NCBI RefSeq assembly: GCF_000981445.1
Contig: NC_027218.1
Location: 2,542,001 to 2,606,000 of the forward strand
Reading direction: 5' to 3'
DNA from: Babesia bigemina
Taxonomy: Eukaryota
Length of the DNA: 64,000 nt
The notes under the pieces were generated by a model, which was not told where the DNA came from, did not search any database, and saw only the letters and a program-made list of their open reading frames with translations. This document shows, in pieces, positions 1 through 9,046 of the stretch. Made by a program: the position numbers and the translations under genes. The first letter of the stretch is position 1. Every line of letters begins with the position of its first letter.

Positions 1-486
1 ATCCCACAATGGTATGATGCGCTGACAGCGGGGTACAATCTAAAGGACGGCAACTTATCCGTTGCCGTTCCATCCAGGGCCACCATAAGTAAGAAAGGAA
101 CCATAAACCATACATTTGTCGGACAACCGCTTAACACGGTAACTAACCGCCCGTATCAGATACTGGTTCGCATCCTCGGCCATGGCCATGCGGGTGGCAG
201 TTATGCCTGTGAATTGTTTACCAACCCGGACGATCTAGACTATCCAGGGAATGCTGGTGCGTGCTTCGATTTACTTGTAGAAGTATTGTTTAGAGTTTAT
301 CAACAAATATGATTACTGTATAAGCAATGCCTCGATGGCGAAAGCAGAAGCGCCTGGGCCGAGTGTTATTACGGCAAAGGTGTCGGCTGCTCAGATTGGC
401 GATGCAACCATAACCAATGTTCCAAGCAAAAAAGCAATAGAATGGCTAACCAACACTGCGTTCAAAAGTACCAACCCAACACCTAA
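1..486 (+). pseudogene. 3' fragment of a ves1/VESA-like gene, interrupted
   Basis: Frame 1 reads ...LFTNPDDLDYPGNAGACFDLLVEVLFRVYQQI*LLYKQC...WAECYYGKGVGCSDWRCN..., resembling the 'Y..DP..LLCQL....HQL.FL..QC....GW..C.YG' block of the ves-like genes in this window. In-frame TGA at 310-312; ends at TAA 484-486 with no TM tail. Confidence 0.6.
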
Positions 487-1152
487 CCCATAGTTCTGTC
501 GACACGTTGAGATATTCTCACTTTGTCATGTTTAGTTGCGCGTTACTTGTGAGACGTGTCTACGTCATCCTGCCCACCCAGTGCAATGTGAAGCTGTGTT
601 GTTGGCCATCAAGGTAGGCGATTGGCGATGGTCGTAGTCGGTTAGATGCTACGTTGTTGCGGAGCTACTAGTTGCAATGTCGGTAATGTGCGACACTACG
701 CAGTGGATGCCGTTGGCATTTTTCGTGGTCAGTAGACGGCGTAGTTATGAGAGGGATGGTAACAGCGTAAATGACAAGCAGATTAACCAAACACTATGCC
801 TATTTCACGGACTCATGATGAAACAAATATTATCGCATTTATGGGCGGCGGCAACGTTGTACGGTCCGTGATGGATGTAAGTGCCTGTGCAATTGTGATG
901 ACATTTGACCCGCATGCCACCGACAGGATACTGTCAACATGCGGTAACTAAGCGATACTTTAATGATAATAGCTGCACAACTGTGATTTAATTGACGGTG
1001 CTTTGGATGGCGGTCACCGGCTTGGTGATGGAGCCGATGGGAGACGGCCAGTATCCGAGACTGAGGTAAGCGGTTCATGAGAGGTTGGTGAGTGCGTTGC
1101 TTGAGTGATTGATATGTCTGCAGGTTGAGGGGACTGGGAGGGAGAGGGGAAG

Positions 1153-1719
1153 ATGTCGGGGGGGAGGACGTACAGGCCAGGTGATGCTTGTACGGAGTGT
1201 AATATTGGATGTCAAAAATCAGTAGTATGTAATTGCTGTCCCTGGTGTTGCGAGAAATGTAAGACTAGCAATTGCTATGAATGTTGGTTTGATCACTATA
1301 AGCGCACTAATGGCCTGGAGTCTTACAAGTGCGAAACATGGAAATGTGAGAAACAATGTAAAGGCAAAGAAAAGACATGTCAATGTACATGTTGTCAACA
1401 GAAATGTAGAAATCAACAAGTTGACTCCTGCAAAGCCCCCGCTCCACGCTCTCTCTCTGGTTCCTCCGATTCTCAGCTTCAAGCCGCCAGTCAAGCGCAG
1501 TTGTCCGATCCTCCCACTGAAGAAAGTCTCACTGGTGTCCCTGGTACAGAAGCCTCCACACCTTTTTCCCCTGATCCCCAAGTCATCGCCGCCGTCGTCG
1601 TTGCCCTCATCGTCGCCATCATCCTGCTCGACCTGTGCATCTTCCGCTTTCCGGTGGGCCGCAACATCCGCGATTTCCTCGTCCGCAAGATACCCTTCTG
1701 CATCGCGTTCTACAGCTGA
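1153..1719 (+). CDS. Small Cys-rich single-TM protein, copy A (188 aa)
   Basis: 20 Cys in the first 93 aa, S/P/T/Q linker, TM helix IAAVVVALIVAIILLDLCIF, tail RFPVGRNIRDFLVRKIPFCIAFYS. Paralogue of 7508-8065. Confidence 0.8.
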   Translation: MSGGRTYRPGDACTECNIGCQKSVVCNCCPWCCEKCKTSNCYECWFDHYKRTNGLESYKCETWKCEKQCKGKEKTCQCTCCQQKCRNQQVDSCKAPAPRSLSGSSDSQLQAASQAQLSDPPTEESLTGVPGTEASTPFSPDPQVIAAVVVALIVAIILLDLCIFRFPVGRNIRDFLVRKIPFCIAFYS

Positions 1720-2303
1720 TCTCAGCAATGTGTTAGCGCAATTTTCGTAATCCACATCCCACAGATCACCTAACTGGCAACTGACATCTAATGTTATAGA
1801 CAGTAATGATTGCGTTGATGATCAATCAAATGAGCAGCGAGGTGACCTAGCAACTGACCAAAGTGCTGACTTAGTAGCTGACATGGTGACTGCGCTATCT
1901 TCTGAACACTCATACAAAAAACTGCAAAACCTTTACATTTCATCGCTAAATCCTCCTGGTTAACGCCCATCTCCAATCATGCTCCACCTTCTCACTCCAG
2001 CAGGGCTGGCTTGGCTTGTCGCCTCCCCTCCTCAGGTGAGTGGTATGTCTATAGGATTCTTGTTATGGTTGATGGATTTTGCAATATGGTTTAGGTGTGT
2101 CATTGTCTTAGTATGATGCGTATTGTTTTCACTGTCTTACTTCATAGCCTTTCCACCCAGTCCACTTAGTTGTCTGCCATGCTGTATTAAGAGGAGTCAC
2201 CTTAGAGGTGTGGTCGCTCTAGTGTTTCCCAGTTCACGTGGTCCTGGAGACTGAAAGTGGCGGTTTGTAAGAGTGGATTAGAGGGTGATTGGCTGTGAAA
2301 AAG

Positions 2304-5300
2304 ATGGCGGCTAAGGTTAGAGTTCCTGAGTTCAAGACTCTAAAGGAGTGCTTAGAGTTCTTGGAGTGGTTGAAAAATGACAGGGGAATGCAAGGTCAGG
2401 TTGCCAATCGGCTGGAAAGACTTCTTAAAGACAGATATAAGGAAGCAAAACAGGGTGGCATAGAAAACGCACTATCGCGATTCGTCGGACACGCTTCTGA
2501 ATTTTATAAAAAATTGTGCACAAAAGCAAGCGCCACTTATAATAGTCATGTGAGCGCTACAACAGTCCTCAAGTCTCTCATCGTCTGTATCCCTAAATTG
2601 CTATCGGCGATATATTTTCTGCGGTACAAAGTTGACGCTAATTTCAAAGCACTTGGTGGCGGGGAATGGGCAGAGCAAGAGGTTGGTGTAGTTGCAATGT
2701 ACGCTAGAATTCCTGCGCTATTGGAATCTAACGCCACCAAAATCGATAAATATCTCATTACGAAACACGGCTCTACGCAGTATGGTGTCATACCGGGGGG
2801 ATTTGAGGCCATTGAGTTGAGAGCAGGTTTTAGGGGCGGCTATAACCCGGGTTCAGCTATGGCAAATGACCTGACGAAGATTTGTGAAAAAGAGAAGGCT
2901 CAGTTTTTTCGTGACGTTTTCGTCACTTCGGTGTTCGGCAATGATGGTGCCAACTCTGCGAACGTCGCCAACGCGGTTCGCCTGGTCGAGGATTTCGGTA
3001 GGATATTTGGAAACGTAACAAAGGATGACGATTTTAAAAGCCATTTGCAATCCAATCGTATGTGCATAGATTGGCAAGCATTAGAAGCACATTGTGCCAA
3101 ACTGAAAACGTCACTTGAAAAAATCTTCAAGACCAATGGATTTTCGTTTACCGGCTATGGGAGGACAGTCGGCGAGGTTAAGAAGGAAAATGTTGCTAAG
3201 AAGATGGCAACTTGGCTTAAAAAACATTTGATCGAAATAAGAACAAATTTGGCACACATCAAACCTTTTGACAACAGGAAATATAAGCTTGATGATAGAC
3301 GCTTACGGAAAGGTAACAAGCTGCCTGCCGAGTTTTCCCAAGCCTTTGTCGACTATTTCACCGAAAACTTTTTCCGGTACGGATTTACCTTTGGAAAGAA
3401 TAAATATGAAATGAGTGACACGCCGTATCAGGATTTGCTTGAAAGTTGGAATGCTGCATTGGTTGAGCTTAAGAGAATGACAGGCGATTTAGATCAGTTG
3501 AAGACGATTTTGGATGGCAATCAGTGTCCAGATAGAAATAGGAATAAGCAGCCAAAGTCTAAACCTGAACCTAACCCTGAGCTTGAGCCTGCGCTTCTAG
3601 ATGTGGATGACGATGAAAACGATCTTGAGTCTGAGTCTGACTTCGACGATCTTAATTCTGAATCTGAGGATGACGATATGCCTCCAACCAAAACCGAGGC
3701 CTCAAAGCTTTCCTCCACTACTAATGTAGACACAACACCTCAGAACAATAAATCTGAGGGAGCACAGAACCAGGGCAAGAAGGCGGAGGGAAATCAAAAT
3801 CAAGGAAATGATCACAGTGTAGCAAATACTTCTATTTCACCGGTTTCACAGGCGGTACGAACTCAGAGTTCAAGTGTTCAAAGTCCAGACTCCGGGTCAC
3901 CTGGTGCTACTGGTCCCAGTAGTGGTCCGGGCCCGGGTGGGCAGGCGGATGTTTCTGACGCTGGTCAACCAGGTGTCCAAAAGGCTCAGGCAAATGGAGA
4001 CGCCAATGGTACGGCGTCCAATACTCCAGGTGCTGGTCCAGGTGGCAGTGGAACTGGAGGGAATGGGAAGTCTGATAATGGTCAGCAAACTAATGAATAC
4101 CAGGAAGGTATAAATAGACTCAAAATACGACATGAGGAGAAGATGAAGGAAGCCCAAAAAAATATGGAACGCCTAGAAGATGCTATGCAGAAGTTGGCCG
4201 AAAAAAAGGCAGAGCGACAAAAAAAATTGGATGCTCAAGGCATGAACGCAGGATACCGGTCGTATTACGATCCTAAAGCTTCTGATAGACGTGCTCAGTA
4301 TTTCACGGATTTGCAGATGACTCCTGTAATAATGGATGGTGCAGACGTTTCCAATGAAGCGTTGCGCAACCCGGGGATTGAATGGGAGCGAAATCATAGA
4401 GATGAATGGAAATTGGCAGAACAATTCCGAAAGGAGGCTGAGAAAAGAGAAAAACAAAAATTTAGGAGAAACCTAAGAGACACCCAAGAAAAAGTATTAA
4501 ATCGACTTAAGGATTCATGGTTACACCAGGAGTTTCATGACGATGATATTGGCCACGTAGTACCTCATCGTTCTGCCGTGGACGACCGAACCATCATGAA
4601 CCCTCCGCCGCCTAATATTTCGTTCAAAATCAGCAAACCATTTAACGCGAAAACGATATACGACGAGCAAAGTCTTACATTGCCTCATCCCAACATTGAA
4701 TTAGAAATTGATAAAACATACGATAGAAGAAAGAAAATGAACACATACAATCAGAAGGTATTTTATACGGAAGGAGAAATTATTGAACCCAAGCCTCCGA
4801 CAATTTCACCACCAATCATCGAAACAGGACCTTTCGGCTCAAAGGTGGCCGACCCTAACGTCGACACGTCTAAAATGTTACCTGATGATTTAATACCGAA
4901 ATTGCCACCTGATACATTAGATGTTGAAATAATTCATCGATACATCCCACCACCAAATGACATTATTATTCCTGATATCCCTGATTATGTTCTTGCAGAT
5001 TCTGCTGGTTCTCAAGTGCTCAATGATCATACCGCGCCTACAGCGCCCACAGATAAAGAGTATGATGGCAAAGGTATTCATTCAAAGAATGAAATAAAAA
5101 CCGTAAACATTGGAGTGAATCCAGCTTTCGAAGTTATTGACGATGGTTTGGTAATTGGAAAAATAGATCCTCCATCTCAGCCCGTCGAAGCCGTCGACCT
5201 CCAAATCGACGTTCCCAAACCTACACTTCAGGACTCATCATATGACATAGACTTGGAATACGACCATCCACCTCTCCCCCAAATCGAACCAGTTGACCCA

Positions 5301-6143
5301 ATAGGATCGGTGACACCCGCCATCAAAATAAATTTAGCACCACCAGAAGCATTACCAGACTTACCGAACAACACTGCCGCTGCGTATGTATATAGTCCAT
5401 CTACTGTCGGAATGTGTATTTCATCCTGGACAACCTCGAAACCCACCGATCATCTTGACATCCCCGAGACGGAGCTGTCCCCATCGCAGGCGCCGCGCAC
5501 AGTTCGGGATATGCTTACTTGGCTGGCGGGGCTTAGGAACCCAAAGCATCATAAGACTCTGAAACTATGTATTAATAGGGCATTTAATGGCTTACATAAT
5601 GAGTCATCGGATCTTGCACTATCCATCAACCACACCAACATCAGACCCAATGATGTCTTCGACATACTCCAGCTTACCGCCATGTTTGCAGGTTCAGTGC
5701 TCACCGCCATTTCACCTACATGGAAAGCAAATGTGCCATCGAGAACTGTGAAGCCTCAGTCCTCCAATGAATCCCAAAAGCCTGATTGCTGCGCCCTCCT
5801 CTGCCAGCTGCGTGACTACGCGTACGCCTGCTGCCACCAGTTGGAGTTTCTGAAGGCGCAGTGTAATAGGGACAAACTAAGTGGTGGGTGGGGAAATTAT
5901 GAGTACGGCAGTGACATCAAGACGCCATCTCCCCTCCAGGCGTTCCTGACCGACGGCTGGGACTCCACCTTCAAGACTCACCCCTTCGACCCTTGCAACC
6001 TGTGCCACAAGAGCCGCGTCAGGATGGGATTTAAGAGAGAGGATTTGCCTGAGACATCACAACTGGGAAGTGTCATTTCTACCATCCTCACTCCCAGCTG
6101 CGGCGGTGAGGAGCGTGACGCTCTAGTAAACACAAAATTGTAA
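2304..6143 (+). CDS. Large ves/VESA-like variant protein, C-terminally truncated (possible pseudogene)
   Basis: N-terminus TLKECLEFLEWL shared with the two other large genes; low-complexity G/S/Q middle; PRTVRDML.W and LLCQLRDYAYAC.HQLEFLK.QC blocks. Similarity stops abruptly after PSCGGE (~6110). First ATG is at 2304; the track start at 2289 is TTG. Confidence 0.8.
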   Translation: MAAKVRVPEFKTLKECLEFLEWLKNDRGMQGQVANRLERLLKDRYKEAKQGGIENALSRFVGHASEFYKKLCTKASATYNSHVSATTVLKSLIVCIPKLLSAIYFLRYKVDANFKALGGGEWAEQEVGVVAMYARIPALLESNATKIDKYLITKHGSTQYGVIPGGFEAIELRAGFRGGYNPGSAMANDLTKICEKEKAQFFRDVFVTSVFGNDGANSANVANAVRLVEDFGRIFGNVTKDDDFKSHLQSNRMCIDWQALEAHCAKLKTSLEKIFKTNGFSFTGYGRTVGEVKKENVAKKMATWLKKHLIEIRTNLAHIKPFDNRKYKLDDRRLRKGNKLPAEFSQAFVDYFTENFFRYGFTFGKNKYEMSDTPYQDLLESWNAALVELKRMTGDLDQLKTILDGNQCPDRNRNKQPKSKPEPNPELEPALLDVDDDENDLESESDFDDLNSESEDDDMPPTKTEASKLSSTTNVDTTPQNNKSEGAQNQGKKAEGNQNQGNDHSVANTSISPVSQAVRTQSSSVQSPDSGSPGATGPSSGPGPGGQADVSDAGQPGVQKAQANGDANGTASNTPGAGPGGSGTGGNGKSDNGQQTNEYQEGINRLKIRHEEKMKEAQKNMERLEDAMQKLAEKKAERQKKLDAQGMNAGYRSYYDPKASDRRAQYFTDLQMTPVIMDGADVSNEALRNPGIEWERNHRDEWKLAEQFRKEAEKREKQKFRRNLRDTQEKVLNRLKDSWLHQEFHDDDIGHVVPHRSAVDDRTIMNPPPPNISFKISKPFNAKTIYDEQSLTLPHPNIELEIDKTYDRRKKMNTYNQKVFYTEGEIIEPKPPTISPPIIETGPFGSKVADPNVDTSKMLPDDLIPKLPPDTLDVEIIHRYIPPPNDIIIPDIPDYVLADSAGSQVLNDHTAPTAPTDKEYDGKGIHSKNEIKTVNIGVNPAFEVIDDGLVIGKIDPPSQPVEAVDLQIDVPKPTLQDSSYDIDLEYDHPPLPQIEPVDPIGSVTPAIKINLAPPEALPDLPNNTAAAYVYSPSTVGMCISSWTTSKPTDHLDIPETELSPSQAPRTVRDMLTWLAGLRNPKHHKTLKLCINRAFNGLHNESSDLALSINHTNIRPNDVFDILQLTAMFAGSVLTAISPTWKANVPSRTVKPQSSNESQKPDCCALLCQLRDYAYACCHQLEFLKAQCNRDKLSGGWGNYEYGSDIKTPSPLQAFLTDGWDSTFKTHPFDPCNLCHKSRVRMGFKREDLPETSQLGSVISTILTPSCGGEERDALVNTKL

Positions 6144-6407
6144 TTAAAGCTATATATGTGGGATGTTATTACCCTGTGATATATTGTGCTGCAGTGTTTA
6201 TTATGGGTATAGGGGTGTGATCCGTATTGCCATGATGTCCAGCAAAACTATGATGCTGGGATAGCATCCTCGTACGGCCAATAGTCACCTAGCGCGCCGT
6301 GTGCACCAACGTTTAGAGCAGCTGTGGTAGTTAGTAGAAGTCATTAGATTAACGTGGAATGTCACATGACTACACGAAGACTACGTGAGCTGCGTGAGGC
6401 TATGAGA

Positions 6408-6620
6408 CTATTGGTGTTTGGGCTTGGAATCACGGAATCCATCGCGTATTTGGTTTAATATCTCTCCAAGACTTACGTTGTATAGTCTACCCATGATGTA
6501 AAGGACCAAGACAAGGAGGGCCGAGAAACCAATGAAGCCGGCGAAAGCAATAGCAAGACCGATGCCCGCGCACGTAGCGCAACCCTTGCAATTATCTTGA
6601 CCACAAAACGACTTACCCAT
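6408..6620 (-). CDS. Small single-TM protein (70 aa), cassette terminal gene
   Basis: ATG in GGGAAGATG context; hydrophobic segment followed by GRLYNVSLGEILNQIRDGFRDSKPKHQ; intact paralogue at 52374-52547. Confidence 0.7.
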   Translation of the reverse strand: MGKSFCGQDNCKGCATCAGIGLAIAFAGFIGFSALLVLVLYIMGRLYNVSLGEILNQIRDGFRDSKPKHQ

Positions 6621-7145
6621 CTTCCCTCAACTTATACGGAAATAAACCCTGCACAGCAATGAACAACGCACTTCAAGCCTAAAACACTTTTGGCAAACTG
6701 ATGATATACAATGGAATTATCCTTTCCCCTACCATGCCATCCCCCTTTGCTGGGGCAACCGTAAATATAGACCTCACAACGCTGACATATCATGGACGTA
6801 CCCTCCCGCATGCATTCATAAGACATCTTGATTGTGATGTAACAATACAGCAACCAAAAATGTAGTATCCACGAGAAGCGCCAAGTCTACCAAACATCTG
6901 CTTTGTTCAACCCTGGTTATTCTGATAAGTGACCAGCTCCCCTGAATTCCTAGTTTGTTGTTTCCGATCAGTACAATTCAGCCGCTAAGCACGCCACTAT
7001 ACAACATCTCTCAACCACATGCCACTTGCTAACCTAACAGATGGCCCACCACGTCACATGGTGCATCCCTCATCAGGTAAAGGCCTGGACTACCACCAAA
7101 TCAGTTCAACTTTTCTCTTGAGATGAGGTCACTAACGCCAACAAA

Positions 7146-7397
7146 TTAACCAACAAGACGCCATCTCAGCGAATTTCCATTATCTAAAAACTTGATAGGT
7201 TGGTGAGGCTGTGGTATCGTAGAGGGATGGGCGATGCGTGAGGCGCAAAATTTGCATCCGTTCTCAAAATCATTATTGCAAGCACCATCCTCCGTCTGTC
7301 TACGAAGCATAAGCTACAAACCGTCATTCATCATGAAAAGGACGGCGACGGCGGCGATGATGTAAGGGGCGGGGGTTATGTCTACCTCGCTGCTCAT
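7146..7397 (-). pseudogene. MSSEV-type micro-TM ORF with premature TAG
   Basis: Reads MSSEVDITPAPYIIAAVAVLFMMNDGL*LMLRRQTEDGACNNDFENGCKFCASR...; the TAG at 7314-7316 aligns with TGG (Trp) in the 53135-53336 copy. Confidence 0.55.
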
Positions 7398-7507
7398 TTG
7401 ATTGATCATCAACGCAATCATTACTGTCTATAACATTAGATGTCAGTTGCCAGTTAGGTGATCTGTGGGATGTGGATTACGAAAATTGCGCTAACAAATT
7501 GCTGGTA

Positions 7508-8065
7508 TTAGCTGTAGAACGCGATGCAGAAGGGCATCTTGCGTACGAGGAAATCGCGAATGTTGCGGCCCACCGGAAAGCGGAAGATGCACAGGTCGAG
7601 CAGGATGATGGCGACGATGATGGCAACGATGACGGCGGCGATGGCTTGGGGGTCTGGGCGGAAAGGTGTGGAGGCTTTTGCATTAGGGTCTCCGGTTGAA
7701 GGCTGTTCACCGTGGAGAGCGTTGGTAACACCGGGGAGAGGGACGACACCGGAGGGAGCAGAAGACTCTGCACCGGTGGAAGGAAGAGAGACGGAGGCAG
7801 CAACTTCTGCACGTGTACGTTTTTCAAGACAACAGTTACATCCACAAATGTAAATGTCGCTACACGTTTTTCTTTGGGAGGCACATCCCCTGGGATGGCA
7901 ATAACTGCTGCCTTGGTGATTTCGGAAATGCATTAAACATCCGTAGCATAGGCCACCCTTACATTTTGTGCAACACCAGCGACAGCAATTACAAAACTGA
8001 AACGTTTTACATCCATAAACACACTCTCCGCATGAAGTACCGTACCTGTACGTCCTCCCTCCCAT
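7508..8065 (-). CDS. Small Cys-rich single-TM protein, copy B
   Basis: ATG at 8065 (MGGRTY). First 11 Cys spaced as in copy A; near-identical TM and tail. Confidence 0.8.
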   Translation of the reverse strand: MGGRTYRYGTSCGECVYGCKTFQFCNCCRWCCTKCKGGLCYGCLMHFRNHQGSSYCHPRGCASQRKTCSDIYICGCNCCLEKRTRAEVAASVSLPSTGAESSAPSGVVPLPGVTNALHGEQPSTGDPNAKASTPFRPDPQAIAAVIVAIIVAIILLDLCIFRFPVGRNIRDFLVRKMPFCIAFYS

Positions 8066-8089
8066 CTTACCCTTCCCCTCCCACTCCAC

Positions 8090-8345
8090 TCAAACAGCAA
8101 GCATATCAATAACCTAAGCAACGCACTCACCTACTAAAACACGTACCACTGCCGCGCCCAGTCCCCTCAGCCTGCAAACATGTCAATCACCTAGCAACGC
8201 ACTCACCAACTGCAACACGTACCACTGCCGCTCCCAGTCCCCTCAACCTGCGAACATATAAATCACTTAAGCAACGCACTCACCAACCACTCATGAACAC
8301 GCACCTAGCAACGCACTCACCAACCACTCATGAACACGCACGTCA
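8090..8345 (-). repeat. Tandem ~76 bp intron/exon-like units in the leader of Cys-rich gene B
   Basis: On the minus strand, gtgagtgcgttgct...tgcag (35-36 nt, GT-AG) alternates with a 41-nt G-rich unit; there is also a ~35-37 bp direct duplication at ~8270-8341. Confidence 0.75.
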
Positions 8346-9046
8346 GCAAGGACACTGACCATCTACCATCGGCGCCACGGTAGCAGCCAGATGATGACCA
8401 TCCAGTGCACCGCCACTCACATCACAACTATGCAGCTATCACAACTGAAGTACAACCAAGATAAAGCATGTTGATACCATCCTGGCCGTGGCATGCAGGT
8501 CAACCTGTGCCAGTGGAGCAGTCACTCCAACCATCACAGACCGTTCAACGTTGGCAGTGCCTAGGACTGCTGTAACATTTCTGTCATAATGAGTGCCTAA
8601 GTGAACCACATTACTTAGTTATCGTGTTTCTCATTTGCACTATTACCATCAATGTCACAACCTCGCCGTCCATTGGCCATCACGTCACAGTCCCGGTGAC
8701 ACTGAATAGAGGCGCACGCGATGATACCATGTCAACCACTCATAACATACGATATAAGTGACTTAATGTGGTCCTATTCAGTGGCCTACGTTGATGACCA
8801 ATCACCCAGTTTTACAGCACTGGCCACGTGAGATGCCGTAGACATCTCTCACAGGTAACTCACAACTCAGCTTACCGGACTCAGTCATATTTCAAGTGGA
8901 CTGCACTAGCCAGGCTATGCCTGGAAGCAGTCAGGCTTTTCTCACATCACGGTGCCATAGATTCTGCGGTAACACAACTAACCACTAGTGCTGTAATGCG
9001 ATCCATCACAAGGCAAGTAATGACTAGATGAATGAGGTAATGATCA

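Noticed and set aside
1077..1152. Upstream ATG as a true N-terminal (signal peptide) extension of the Cys-rich proteins
   Set aside because: An in-frame TGA (1126-1128, and its equivalent in copy C) blocks fusion to the main ORF; no evidence for read-through or a SECIS element.
1219..1755. Antisense and alternative-frame ORFs over the Cys-rich genes (also 7472-7884 and 53396-53656)
   Set aside because: They recur only because the GC-rich TM codons are near-identical between copies; mostly non-ATG starts.
6632..6853. 73-aa ORF upstream of the small TM gene
   Set aside because: The frame is not preserved in the second cassette; the region looks like a 5'UTR intron.
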